Shown: positions 1 through 8,436 of the stretch, piece after piece
How the letters are laid out: every line of letters starts with the position of its first letter
Numbering within the stretch: position 1 is the stretch's first letter
Source: Clostridiales bacterium
GTDB taxonomy: Bacteria > Bacillota > Clostridia > Oscillospirales > Acutalibacteraceae
NCBI GenBank assembly: GCA_022800315.1
Contig: JAAWQC010000007.1
Coordinates: 6,907-70,906 of the forward strand
Direction: 5' to 3'
DNA: 64,000 bases
The notes under the pieces: model-generated
Databases searched by the model: none
Told to the model about the DNA's origin: nothing
The model's input: the letters and a program-made list of their open reading frames with translations, nothing else
Made by a program: the position numbers and the translations under genes

Positions 1-165
1 CCGCACATGGGGATTATAATACTGCTGTAGCTCCCCTCCCGGCTGCATAACCAGAACATCCGCCTGAAACCGAGAATAATCCAGCTTATCAAGTAACGCC
101 AGCAGGCTTTTCTGAGGTCCTCCAATATTTATATTGCCCAAAATGAAAAGCAGCCTTTTCATCAT
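1..165 (-). CDS. Glycosyltransferase (GT4-like), N-terminal fragment; continues beyond the window start
   Basis: Reverse translation from ATG at 165 gives MMKRLLFILGNINIGGPQKSLLALLDKLD..., a typical GT4/GT1 N-terminal Rossmann start. It lies 3 nt from the stop of the upstream gene. Confidence 0.5.
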   Translation of the reverse strand, partial: MMKRLLFILGNINIGGPQKSLLALLDKLDYSRFQADVLVMQPGGELQQYYNPHVR

Positions 166-168
166 CAA

Positions 169-1548
169 TCACCTGATTTTCACTTTTTTGGATATATAGA
201 TAAAGAAACAACAGGGGACAATCATTGAGTAAAAATAGCTAAGGACAACACTCATATTGGTTAACAGCCCCATACTGCAGATCGCGGCCTCATAAGCGTA
301 CAAATAAACTTCCATTAACCCATCTGCACTATTATATTTTTTATCGAAATAGGACATAAGTATTAAAAATAAGCACGAGGGAACAACGGAAAATACGGGA
401 CCAAGATGAAATAACCCCTGTCCGACCATCGGTATTATCTGATCCCTCGACAACCCTCCGGAATAATACATTATATTGAATAAAGTAGACGATCTGTTCT
501 CTGAGTCAAACAGTGAACTCAGTCCCGGGAAATTTCCCATAATGTCGTTAATCCGGGTAGAAAATGAAAAATTTTCTCGCAATTGTTCATAGGCCCTAAC
601 GGAAATGGAAGTATTCCGCGGTCCTGCAAACGCTGCCTGGAGATAATTGTTGAGTTCACCCACCGTATTGAAACTTGTTCCAAGATAGGTTGTTTTCAGC
701 AGCGTAAGCATCAGCACCCCTGCCAATATCGATATCGATATCCAGTAAAAGGTGATCCTCTTTTTTTCAGGATAAGCATACAAAATAAAAAAAAGGGAGG
801 CTATCGCGGGAATAATAGCGGAATTGCGGCTGGATCCGCTGAAAATACACAGGTTAAAAAACAACATGAGGACGCACACAATGAGGTAATAGCGGTTGGG
901 GTTATTACCTCGCCGCTTCCACAAAAAAATGCTGATTACAACCGGGAGAAACAGCTTTCCCCAGTCAATAATCATGGCCCCCAAGCCGGTGATCAGACTG
1001 CGTCCCCTAACTACCTCATAGTTGTCGACGGCAACCCATATAAAATTATATTGCTGCAAAACATCCGGCTGAAAAATCAAGATACCAAGTGCGATAACTA
1101 CGATGACTGCATAGAGGCCGACCTGTTCCCCACTGGTAGACAGCGGCTGTTTCTTATCGAGACCCGCGTACCGTTTGCGTATCAGTATACCCATGGTTAC
1201 CAATATAGCAATTTCCTCGTACAGATATAAGAGGATTCCTGCCTGCTCCGCATAGTCGATGGAATACGATGAATCCAACATCATCAAGGCTGGAATCAGC
1301 AGATATCGCACGACGGAAATGCAAAAGAAAATACAAAGCCCGGGATAATCTATATAATCCATGACATCCGTAACACATACAAAACCGATAAATATCAGAG
1401 GGACAAATAAGATCAGCAGGCTGGACTTCATCGGGACAAACGCAATATACACGCACAAAATTAAAAATAGAAAGATCAGCAGAAGTCGCACCAATGTCAT
1501 TGCTTTATGTGAGAATATGGGTTTGGGGTTATGATTTTGTATCCTCAT
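169..1548 (-). CDS. Polytopic membrane protein, O-antigen/EPS polymerase (Wzy/EpsG-like)
   Basis: 459-aa ORF with about 10 or more hydrophobic segments. It is low GC, embedded in the polysaccharide locus, and has a 4-nt overlap with the GT2 gene. Confidence 0.55.
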   Translation of the reverse strand: MRIQNHNPKPIFSHKAMTLVRLLLIFLFLILCVYIAFVPMKSSLLILFVPLIFIGFVCVTDVMDYIDYPGLCIFFCISVVRYLLIPALMMLDSSYSIDYAEQAGILLYLYEEIAILVTMGILIRKRYAGLDKKQPLSTSGEQVGLYAVIVVIALGILIFQPDVLQQYNFIWVAVDNYEVVRGRSLITGLGAMIIDWGKLFLPVVISIFLWKRRGNNPNRYYLIVCVLMLFFNLCIFSGSSRNSAIIPAIASLFFILYAYPEKKRITFYWISISILAGVLMLTLLKTTYLGTSFNTVGELNNYLQAAFAGPRNTSISVRAYEQLRENFSFSTRINDIMGNFPGLSSLFDSENRSSTLFNIMYYSGGLSRDQIIPMVGQGLFHLGPVFSVVPSCLFLILMSYFDKKYNSADGLMEVYLYAYEAAICSMGLLTNMSVVLSYFYSMIVPCCFFIYISKKVKIR

Positions 1549-2444
1549 ATACTATTCTTTCTCCAATAACCGGCCAGCAGCCACCCAAAGGGTTTCGCCC
1601 ACTTTTTGAGATACCGTTTATCCATACCCACGGCGGCGATATCCTGTTTGCTCAAATGCCCAAAGCAGGCATACGCCTGGGCGGAGATCGCATATTTCAG
1701 CCGTATTCGGCGGCTGGGATTTTGCTTTGACTGCAGCAAACCGCTGTAATGTACCATCCCCATAGGATTATTCAGCCGTAGCTTCCTGCCGGATTTGGAA
1801 AGACCTCCCTCTTGATATTCCGCTATACCGATCACAACGTTGGTAAAAGCAATTTTATATTTATCGGCCATCATCATCTGAATGACAATAGGCCCCACAT
1901 ATTTTTCATTCTTATATACCGGATAGCGATATTCCGATACCGCCCTTTGAAAATACCCCATACAGCCATCATCCTTGGCATAACAGGCATCGTGCTCGTA
2001 ACGGGTCATCACCACCTCGCCTGCCGGCATAAGACCGCCCTTCAAATGGAGAATCGACCCGTCCGGATTCTGATAACGGAAGAAGATGGCGCCGACCTCA
2101 TAGATCCCCTCGTATTGTCCTACCTTCTCCCGGATGCGGTGCAGCGCCTCTGGAACCGCATGATCGTCGCTGTCGATGACAGCAAAAAAATCGATATCGG
2201 GTTCGTTCTGAAAAGCATAATTTAGCGCACTGGCCTTACCGCCGTTTTCTTTGTAATAATAACGGATGGTAAAAGGCGGACGAGCATTGACAAACGACTC
2301 GATTACCGATTCCGTATCGTCGGTGCTGCCATCGTCCACCACAATCCATACAAAATCCGTATCCGTTTGGGAAAGCAGGCTGTGGTACAAGCGGCCCAAT
2401 AAATGGGCCCGGTTATAGGTTGGCGTCAGTACCGCTATCTTCAT
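1545..2444 (-). CDS. Family 2 glycosyltransferase
   Basis: MKIAVLTPTYNRAHLLGRLYHSLLSQTDTDFVWIVVDDGSTDDT contains the GT2 DxD-type motif. Start chosen at the internal ATG 2444, which has a GAGAGGG RBS, not at the ORF-track start 2495. Confidence 0.85.
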   Translation of the reverse strand: MKIAVLTPTYNRAHLLGRLYHSLLSQTDTDFVWIVVDDGSTDDTESVIESFVNARPPFTIRYYYKENGGKASALNYAFQNEPDIDFFAVIDSDDHAVPEALHRIREKVGQYEGIYEVGAIFFRYQNPDGSILHLKGGLMPAGEVVMTRYEHDACYAKDDGCMGYFQRAVSEYRYPVYKNEKYVGPIVIQMMMADKYKIAFTNVVIGIAEYQEGGLSKSGRKLRLNNPMGMVHYSGLLQSKQNPSRRIRLKYAISAQAYACFGHLSKQDIAAVGMDKRYLKKWAKPFGWLLAGYWRKNSI

Positions 2445-2448
2445 CGTT

Positions 2449-3036
2449 TCAGCCCTCTCCGATTTTTTTAATAAAACGGGCAGGAACTCCCGCATTCACG
2501 GTAAAGGGGGCTATATCTTTCGTAACAACGCTGTTGGCTCCCACTACTGCGCCCTTCCCAATTCGTTTACCGTATAAAATGGTCGCCTTCGCGCCGATCC
2601 ATGCATTATCTTGGATTTCAGTCTCCGCAAATTCAATTCCCTGATTGCGAATCGGTAAATCCGTACGGTCATAACGATGTGTTGACGACATAATCGTTAC
2701 CCCATGTGCAATGGATATATCGTTGCCGATACGGATACCTCCAGCTGCATCGATATAGCACATCGGTTGTATACTCACATTATCGCCAATAGCTAGTTTT
2801 TCCGGATGCAATATGAAACAGTTGGGAAAAATCGCGACATTCTCGCCGCAGCTCTGAGCCAGCGTTCTTAACAGCGCATAACGAACGGCTAAACCATATT
2901 TTCCTCTTGAGCCTCGCTTACGCTCGAACATTTTCATCCGGGCCCTTCGCGGGAAAAAAGAATAAAATTTTATAAGCAATATCAATACACTTTTATACCT
3001 TTGGAATTTAACTCTCCCCCGTTCCCGATTTCCCAT
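2449..3036 (-). CDS. Hexapeptide-repeat (LbH) sugar O-acetyltransferase, WcaF/Maa-like
   Basis: Left-handed beta-helix repeats (IGDNVSIQP..., IRIGNDISIAHGVTI, IGAKATILYGKRIGKGAVVGANSVV). The start overlaps the epimerase stop (TAATG). Confidence 0.8.
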   Translation of the reverse strand: MGNRERGRVKFQRYKSVLILLIKFYSFFPRRARMKMFERKRGSRGKYGLAVRYALLRTLAQSCGENVAIFPNCFILHPEKLAIGDNVSIQPMCYIDAAGGIRIGNDISIAHGVTIMSSTHRYDRTDLPIRNQGIEFAETEIQDNAWIGAKATILYGKRIGKGAVVGANSVVTKDIAPFTVNAGVPARFIKKIGEG

Positions 3037-4010
3037 TACAGATTCTCCTTATACCATGCAATAGCCAGTTTGATCCCGTCCTCGAAGCTGTAGTCGGGAT
3101 CGTATCCCAGCAGGCGTCTCGCCTTGCCGATATCGGCGTTGGAATGCTTGATATCGCCGGGACGGTCGGGTCCGAAACGGGGCTCGATATCCTTTCCGAG
3201 GGCGCCGCACAGATGGCGGTAAATGTCGATCAGATATTCCCGCCCGCCGTAAGCGATGTTGAAAGCCTCCCCCGCCGCCTCATGGGGCGCCAGACAGGCG
3301 CGCAGGTTCGCCTCAATCACGTTGTCCACATAGGTAAAGTCGCGGGACTGCTTCCCGTCGCCGTTGATGGTGGGAGCCTCACCGGCCAGCAGCTGCTTGA
3401 GGAACTTCGGTATCACCGCGGCGTAAGCCCCGTCCGGGTCCTGCCGGCGGCCGAAGACGTTGAAATAACGCATACCGTAGGTATCCAGCCCATACAGACG
3501 GGTGTACAGCTTGCCGTATTCCTCGTCCGCCCGCTTGGTCAACGCATAGGGGGACAGCAGGTTGCCCTCCTGCCCCTCCGTTTTCGGCAAAACCGGATGG
3601 TCGCCGTACACAGAGGAACTGGAGGCGTAAACGAATTTTCGAACGCCCTGACGGCGGGCCGCCTCCATCATGTTTAAGGTGCCGCGAATATTTATCTCTT
3701 CGTATAACAACGGCATTTCTATACTGCGGGGAACGCTTCCCCACGCAGCCTGATGAAGCACATAATCCGCGCCCTCGCACGCCTTCAGGCAGGTGTCGAG
3801 GTCACGGATATCACCTTTCATAAACGTATAGCGCGGATTCCCGCTAAAGAGATCCACATTTTTCACTTTACCGGTGGACAGGTCATCGAGACACCGCACG
3901 GTGTATCCCATGTCCAGCAGCGCCTCACACAGGTTGGAACCGATAAAACCAGCCCCCCCTGTCACCAAAAAAACCGAGGCAGCGTCAAATTTCAGCTGTT
4001 GATAACCCAT
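3036..4010 (-). CDS. NAD-dependent nucleotide-sugar 4-epimerase (WbpP/TviC-like)
   Basis: GGAGFIGSNL Rossmann motif and YxxxK (SPYALTKRADE). Paired with a TviB-like dehydrogenase. Confidence 0.85.
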   Translation of the reverse strand: MGYQQLKFDAASVFLVTGGAGFIGSNLCEALLDMGYTVRCLDDLSTGKVKNVDLFSGNPRYTFMKGDIRDLDTCLKACEGADYVLHQAAWGSVPRSIEMPLLYEEINIRGTLNMMEAARRQGVRKFVYASSSSVYGDHPVLPKTEGQEGNLLSPYALTKRADEEYGKLYTRLYGLDTYGMRYFNVFGRRQDPDGAYAAVIPKFLKQLLAGEAPTINGDGKQSRDFTYVDNVIEANLRACLAPHEAAGEAFNIAYGGREYLIDIYRHLCGALGKDIEPRFGPDRPGDIKHSNADIGKARRLLGYDPDYSFEDGIKLAIAWYKENL

Positions 4011-4049
4011 TTTACTTTCCGTCCTTCCCGTCCTGTCGTCGGACCAGAT

Positions 4050-5366
4050 TTACAAGCGCCAGTAGAGATAACCGGCCTCTTCGCAGGCGCCGCGGTCAAA
4101 AATACCCTTGACGTCGGACAGTACCCGCTGTTTCCCATTATCGGCGTACAGGCGGCCGATCGTTTCCGGCGTCAGCGCTGCAAAAGCGTCGTGCGCTACC
4201 GCGACCACGACGGCGTCCATGTCGCGGATCGCCGACAAATCGGTAAAGGATATGCCGTACAGATTCCGAGCCTCTTCGCTGTCCGCCACAGGATCGGAGA
4301 CTACCGGCTCAATCCCGTATTCTCTCAGTTCGGTGACGAAGTCGATCACACGGGTGTTGCGGGTGTCGGGACAGTTTTCCTTAAAGGTGAATCCTAAAAT
4401 GGCCACCCGGGCTCCCTTCACCGGGATATCGGCGCGGATCAGGTTTTTCACCAGGCATTCGATGACGTATTTGCCCATATCGTCATTGATGCGGCGGCCC
4501 GCCAGGATCACCTGGGAATGATAGCCCATCTGTTCCGCCCGATAGGTCAGGTAGTACGGGTCCACCCCGATACAGTGGCCGCCTACCAAACCGGGGGTAA
4601 AGTTGAGGAAATTCCATTTGGTGCCCGCGGCTTCCAGCACCGCTTTGGTATCGATCCCCGCCCGATTGAAAATAATGGACAGCTCGTTCATAAAGGCGAT
4701 GTTGATATCCCGCTGGCTGTTTTCGATCACTTTGGCGGCCTCGGCCACCTGAATGCTCGCCGCCCGGTGAACGCCCGCTTCCACCACCAGCTCGTAGACC
4801 TTCGCCACGGTGTCCAGGGTCTCCTCATCCATGCCGGAGACGATTTTGACGATGCTTTCCAGCCGATGGACCTTATCCCCCGGGTTGATCCGCTCGGGGG
4901 AATAACCCACCTTAAAGTCCACACCGCATTTCAGACCGGATTCCTTCTCCAGTATCGGCACACAGATCTCCTCGGTGACGCCGGGATATACCGTGGATTC
5001 GTAAACGACGACCGCGCCGCGGGTCAGATGCCGTCCCACAATCCGGCTCGCTCCCTCCACCGGCGACAGGTCGGGTGTTTTGTCCGCATTGATAGGCGTG
5101 GGGACGGCAACAATCAGGAAACTCGCTTCCTCCAAGCGCTTCTCGTCCGCTGTAAACTCCACCGAACAGGCACGAATCGCTTCGTCCCCCACCTCGCCGG
5201 TAGGATCGAAGCCGTTCCGATACCGTTCAATTTTAGCCTGATTGGTATCGAAACCGATGACCTTCACCTTTCGGGAAAAAGATACGGCGATGGGCATTCC
5301 CACATATCCGAGACCCACCAGTGCCAGCTTCGCCGTTCCGCCGACAATATCCTCATACAGTTTCAT
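4050..5366 (-). CDS. UDP-N-acetyl-hexosamine 6-dehydrogenase (TviB/WbpO family nucleotide-sugar dehydrogenase)
   Basis: LALVGLGYVGMPIAVSF NAD fold and the catalytic-Cys region GLVGGHCIGVDPYY, typical of the UDP-glucose/GDP-mannose dehydrogenase family. Confidence 0.85.
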   Translation of the reverse strand: MKLYEDIVGGTAKLALVGLGYVGMPIAVSFSRKVKVIGFDTNQAKIERYRNGFDPTGEVGDEAIRACSVEFTADEKRLEEASFLIVAVPTPINADKTPDLSPVEGASRIVGRHLTRGAVVVYESTVYPGVTEEICVPILEKESGLKCGVDFKVGYSPERINPGDKVHRLESIVKIVSGMDEETLDTVAKVYELVVEAGVHRAASIQVAEAAKVIENSQRDINIAFMNELSIIFNRAGIDTKAVLEAAGTKWNFLNFTPGLVGGHCIGVDPYYLTYRAEQMGYHSQVILAGRRINDDMGKYVIECLVKNLIRADIPVKGARVAILGFTFKENCPDTRNTRVIDFVTELREYGIEPVVSDPVADSEEARNLYGISFTDLSAIRDMDAVVVAVAHDAFAALTPETIGRLYADNGKQRVLSDVKGIFDRGACEEAGYLYWRL

Positions 5367-6483
5367 AATCCCTCACCTTTTCCTTATTCGTACCGCAGAT
5401 CATCGCGATCTCTTTTTGATACGCATCAATCACGATTTCACGGCTGAATTCCCGCTCCATTTTTTCACGACCGGCCAGGCCCATACGTTTCTTCTGTTCG
5501 TAGGGAAGCGCTAAAAACGCTTCCACCGCCCGGCACAGGTCGGCGGCGCTTTGGGCCTCGAAGCCCAATCCGCTGATCCCCTCATCAAAGGTCTCCCGGC
5601 AACCGGGAACCCGTGAGGCCAAAACGGGCCGTCCGCTGGATGCCGACTCCAGCAGTACATTGGCCAGTCCCTCATGATAGGATGGCAGCACCGTAGCATG
5701 ATGCTCCCGAATAAAGGCATGGACATCGTCCTGCTGTCCGTAATAACGAAGCAGCCCCGCCTCCTGGGCGTCAGCCAGGCGCTGCCCGTATTCTTCCTCA
5801 CAGGCGCCAATCACACTAAAGGAAACCGGGGCCTGCTGTTCATGCATGTACTTTGCGCATTCCAACAGCTCCTCGATTCCCTTTTCACGCATCACCCTGC
5901 CGATAAACAGCAGTCGGCATTTTTCGGTTTCATCCGGGTAGTCTTCCAGGCAGTGGTGCTCCAGGTTCACGCCCGAGCCCGGTATCGAACGCGCCGCATC
6001 CTTCACCATACCTCTTTGCATAAAGAAGCGCCTGTTGTCATCGTTCTGAAAAAAGACGGCGGAAGCCCGCGCCAGGCCCTTTTTATACAGCCACAGGACC
6101 ACCTTTTGCAGCAAGCCAGACTTTTTCAACCCCGAACCCAACCCGGTGATGTTCGCTATGTAGGGTATGCGGAGGCGGCCGCAGGCCAGGCCGCCGTAGA
6201 CATTGGGCTTAACCGTATAGGTCAGCACCACGTCGGGGCGTTCCGCCCGCAGCAAACGGCGGTAGTTCCCCATCAGCTTGGCGTCGCGCAGGGGGTTGGT
6301 ACCGCGGCGATCGATCGGCGTTTCCAAAAACCGGCACCCCTTTTGCACCAGAGCCTCTATGTACTCGCCGTCAGGCAGCGAAATCACAACCTCAAAACCC
6401 GAAGCCAGCAGCGAATCGATCAGCTCACCGCGAAACTTATACAAGCCCACATCGCTGTTGGCTAATATCATAACCTTACTCAC
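5353..6483 (-). CDS. Family 4 glycosyltransferase
   Basis: 376 aa with a GT4 C-terminal EGLANVLLESASSGRPVLASRVPGCRE (E-x7-E-like) motif. The 3' end overlaps the dehydrogenase start by 14 nt. Confidence 0.8.
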   Translation of the reverse strand: MSKVMILANSDVGLYKFRGELIDSLLASGFEVVISLPDGEYIEALVQKGCRFLETPIDRRGTNPLRDAKLMGNYRRLLRAERPDVVLTYTVKPNVYGGLACGRLRIPYIANITGLGSGLKKSGLLQKVVLWLYKKGLARASAVFFQNDDNRRFFMQRGMVKDAARSIPGSGVNLEHHCLEDYPDETEKCRLLFIGRVMREKGIEELLECAKYMHEQQAPVSFSVIGACEEEYGQRLADAQEAGLLRYYGQQDDVHAFIREHHATVLPSYHEGLANVLLESASSGRPVLASRVPGCRETFDEGISGLGFEAQSAADLCRAVEAFLALPYEQKKRMGLAGREKMEREFSREIVIDAYQKEIAMICGTNKEKVRDYETV

Positions 6484-6537
6484 TGTGTAACCCTTTTCTT
6501 CACGGAATTGTTTTCTAAACGGCAGATGGTGCCTTTA

Positions 6538-7188
6538 TTAACGGACCATCTGCGGCAGGCTGCTCCTGGACTCACTGGAATCACAGCTGCCGGTGAAGGT
6601 CTGCATGGTATCGCTGACGCCGGCATTGATTCCCTGACGCTTGAGCACGTTGACAATGGTCATCCAGAATATCTTCATGTCGAGCAGGAACGAATAATGA
6701 TCCACATACCAGACATCCCGCTCAAATTTTTGCTCCCATGTCAGCTCGTTGCGCCCATTCACCTGCGCCCAGCCGGATATTCCCGGCAGTACATCGTGCC
6801 GCCGGCTCTGTTCCGGGGTATACAGCGGGAGATAGCTGACCAACAGGGGCCGCGGACCGATAAAACTCATCTCCAGCTTGAATATGTTCAGCAGCTGGGG
6901 CAGCTCGTCAAAACTGCATTTGCGGATAATCCGCCCTGTCCTGGTCATCCGCTCCATGTCGGACAGCGGACGGCCGTCCCGCTCAGTCTCCACGCACATG
7001 GTCCTAAGCTTGTATATCTTGAATATTTTCCCTTTGTAACCCGGCCGTTCCTGCACAAAAAAGACCGGGCCGCCTGTTTCCGCCTTGATCGCGATATAGC
7101 AGATCAGGACAATGACCGCTGCAGGAAGGCAGAGAATCAACGCCAGCAGTATATCGAGAACATGCTTAATATATCGATACGGTTTCAT
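6538..7188 (-). CDS. Undecaprenyl-phosphate sugar phosphotransferase (PglC/WbaP C-terminal type, small monotopic form)
   Basis: One N-terminal TM, then GGPVFFVQERPGYKGKIFKIYKLRTM...SFIGPRPLL...PGISGWAQVNGRN, the bacterial sugar-transferase signature. Confidence 0.85.
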   Translation of the reverse strand: MKPYRYIKHVLDILLALILCLPAAVIVLICYIAIKAETGGPVFFVQERPGYKGKIFKIYKLRTMCVETERDGRPLSDMERMTRTGRIIRKCSFDELPQLLNIFKLEMSFIGPRPLLVSYLPLYTPEQSRRHDVLPGISGWAQVNGRNELTWEQKFERDVWYVDHYSFLLDMKIFWMTIVNVLKRQGINAGVSDTMQTFTGSCDSSESRSSLPQMVR

Positions 7189-7209
7189 CGATTACCCCCC
7201 TGTATGAAC

Positions 7210-8346
7210 TCAGAAACAATTTTTGAGTTCGGTAATGACCATTTGCTGCTGCAGTTCGGTCATACCGTCACCGCTGGGAAGACAGACAGCGTGAGCAAAA
7301 ACGTCCTCATCCACCACGTGATCCTCGTCATGGGTAAAGAAACGGGGCTGATTGAATACCGGCTGCATATGCATGGGTTTCCATGCGGGCCGGGCCTCGA
7401 TCCCTGCATTCTGAAGCTTCACCACAATGTCATTGGGTGCGATATTTTCGTCAACGATATACAGAAGATTCAGCCAGCAGTTGGAATAATTCTTCTGGGC
7501 ATGCTCCTTGATATACGCCGGAAGCCCTTTCAGCCCCTCTACATAGGCTTTGTGTATCTTTTTACGTATACGGATCTTCTCTTCCAGAAACTCCAACTGG
7601 CCGCGGCCTATGGCGGCACAGATGTTGCTCATACGATAGTTGTAACCGTACTCCTTATGTTCGTAATGGATGGCTGGCTCTCTTGCCTGGGTGGACCAGA
7701 AGCGCATCTTCTCGATGGCGACGGTGTCGTGAGACAGCACCATACCGCCGCCGGAGGTCGTCATAATTTTATTGCCGTTATAACTCTGTACGGCAAAATC
7801 GCCGAAGGAACCGCAGCGCTTCCCCTTATAAAGGGAACCGACCGCTTCCGCCGCATCTTCAATAACCGGCACGCCGTACTTGCGGCAGATAGGCAGCAGA
7901 CTGTCCCAATCCGCGCTCTCGCCATACAAGTCGACAACAATGACCGCCTTGGGCATTCTGCCCTCAGCCTTCGCCCAACGAAACGCTTTTTCCAGCGCGA
8001 CGGGAGACATGTTCCAGCTATCCGGCTCACTGTCGATAAAGACCGGTACCGCCCGCTCATAAAACACCGGGTCGCAACTGCCGATAAAGGTCAGATCGGA
8101 GCAGAAAACCAGGTCCCCTTCTTGAATATTCAGCCATCGAAATATCAAGTGGATCGCCGCCGTACCCGATGTCACCGCCAGTGCGTCGGCCACTCCTATG
8201 TAATCCGCCATCGCCTCTTCAAACTGGTTGATGGAGGGACCATACGGCGCGATCCAGTTGCTGCGGAACGCCTCCTGGACATACTCCAGTTCCTTTCCCC
8301 CCATATGCGGGGGGGACAAAAAAATATCAAAAGCCATTTCTTTCAC
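7210..8346 (-). CDS. DegT/DnrJ/EryC1 family PLP aminotransferase (PglE-like, 4-keto-sugar aminotransferase)
   Basis: 378 aa with the family-typical SYNGNKIMTTSGGGMV PLP-lysine region. Located between PglF-like and PglC-like genes. Confidence 0.9.
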   Translation of the reverse strand: MKEMAFDIFLSPPHMGGKELEYVQEAFRSNWIAPYGPSINQFEEAMADYIGVADALAVTSGTAAIHLIFRWLNIQEGDLVFCSDLTFIGSCDPVFYERAVPVFIDSEPDSWNMSPVALEKAFRWAKAEGRMPKAVIVVDLYGESADWDSLLPICRKYGVPVIEDAAEAVGSLYKGKRCGSFGDFAVQSYNGNKIMTTSGGGMVLSHDTVAIEKMRFWSTQAREPAIHYEHKEYGYNYRMSNICAAIGRGQLEFLEEKIRIRKKIHKAYVEGLKGLPAYIKEHAQKNYSNCWLNLLYIVDENIAPNDIVVKLQNAGIEARPAWKPMHMQPVFNQPRFFTHDEDHVVDEDVFAHAVCLPSGDGMTELQQQMVITELKNCF

Positions 8347-8436
8347 CCTTTTTCGACATCCCTACGCACAGAATGTCCGTAATTTCACAACTGCCTTTTA
8401 TTTTCTCCCCCTTGCCGTCCTCATAACGGCCCCATA

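Noticed and set aside
6508-8382. Very long ORFs antisense to real genes. Examples: 6508-8382 (+), 14644-16857 (+), 18060-19799 (+), 45535-47607 (-), 52590-54974 (-), 34544-35893 (-).
   Set aside because: They lie opposite genes with strong family signatures. They have Arg/Gly/Pro/His-rich low-complexity translations typical of shadow ORFs in high-GC DNA. They lack RBSs and recognisable motifs.
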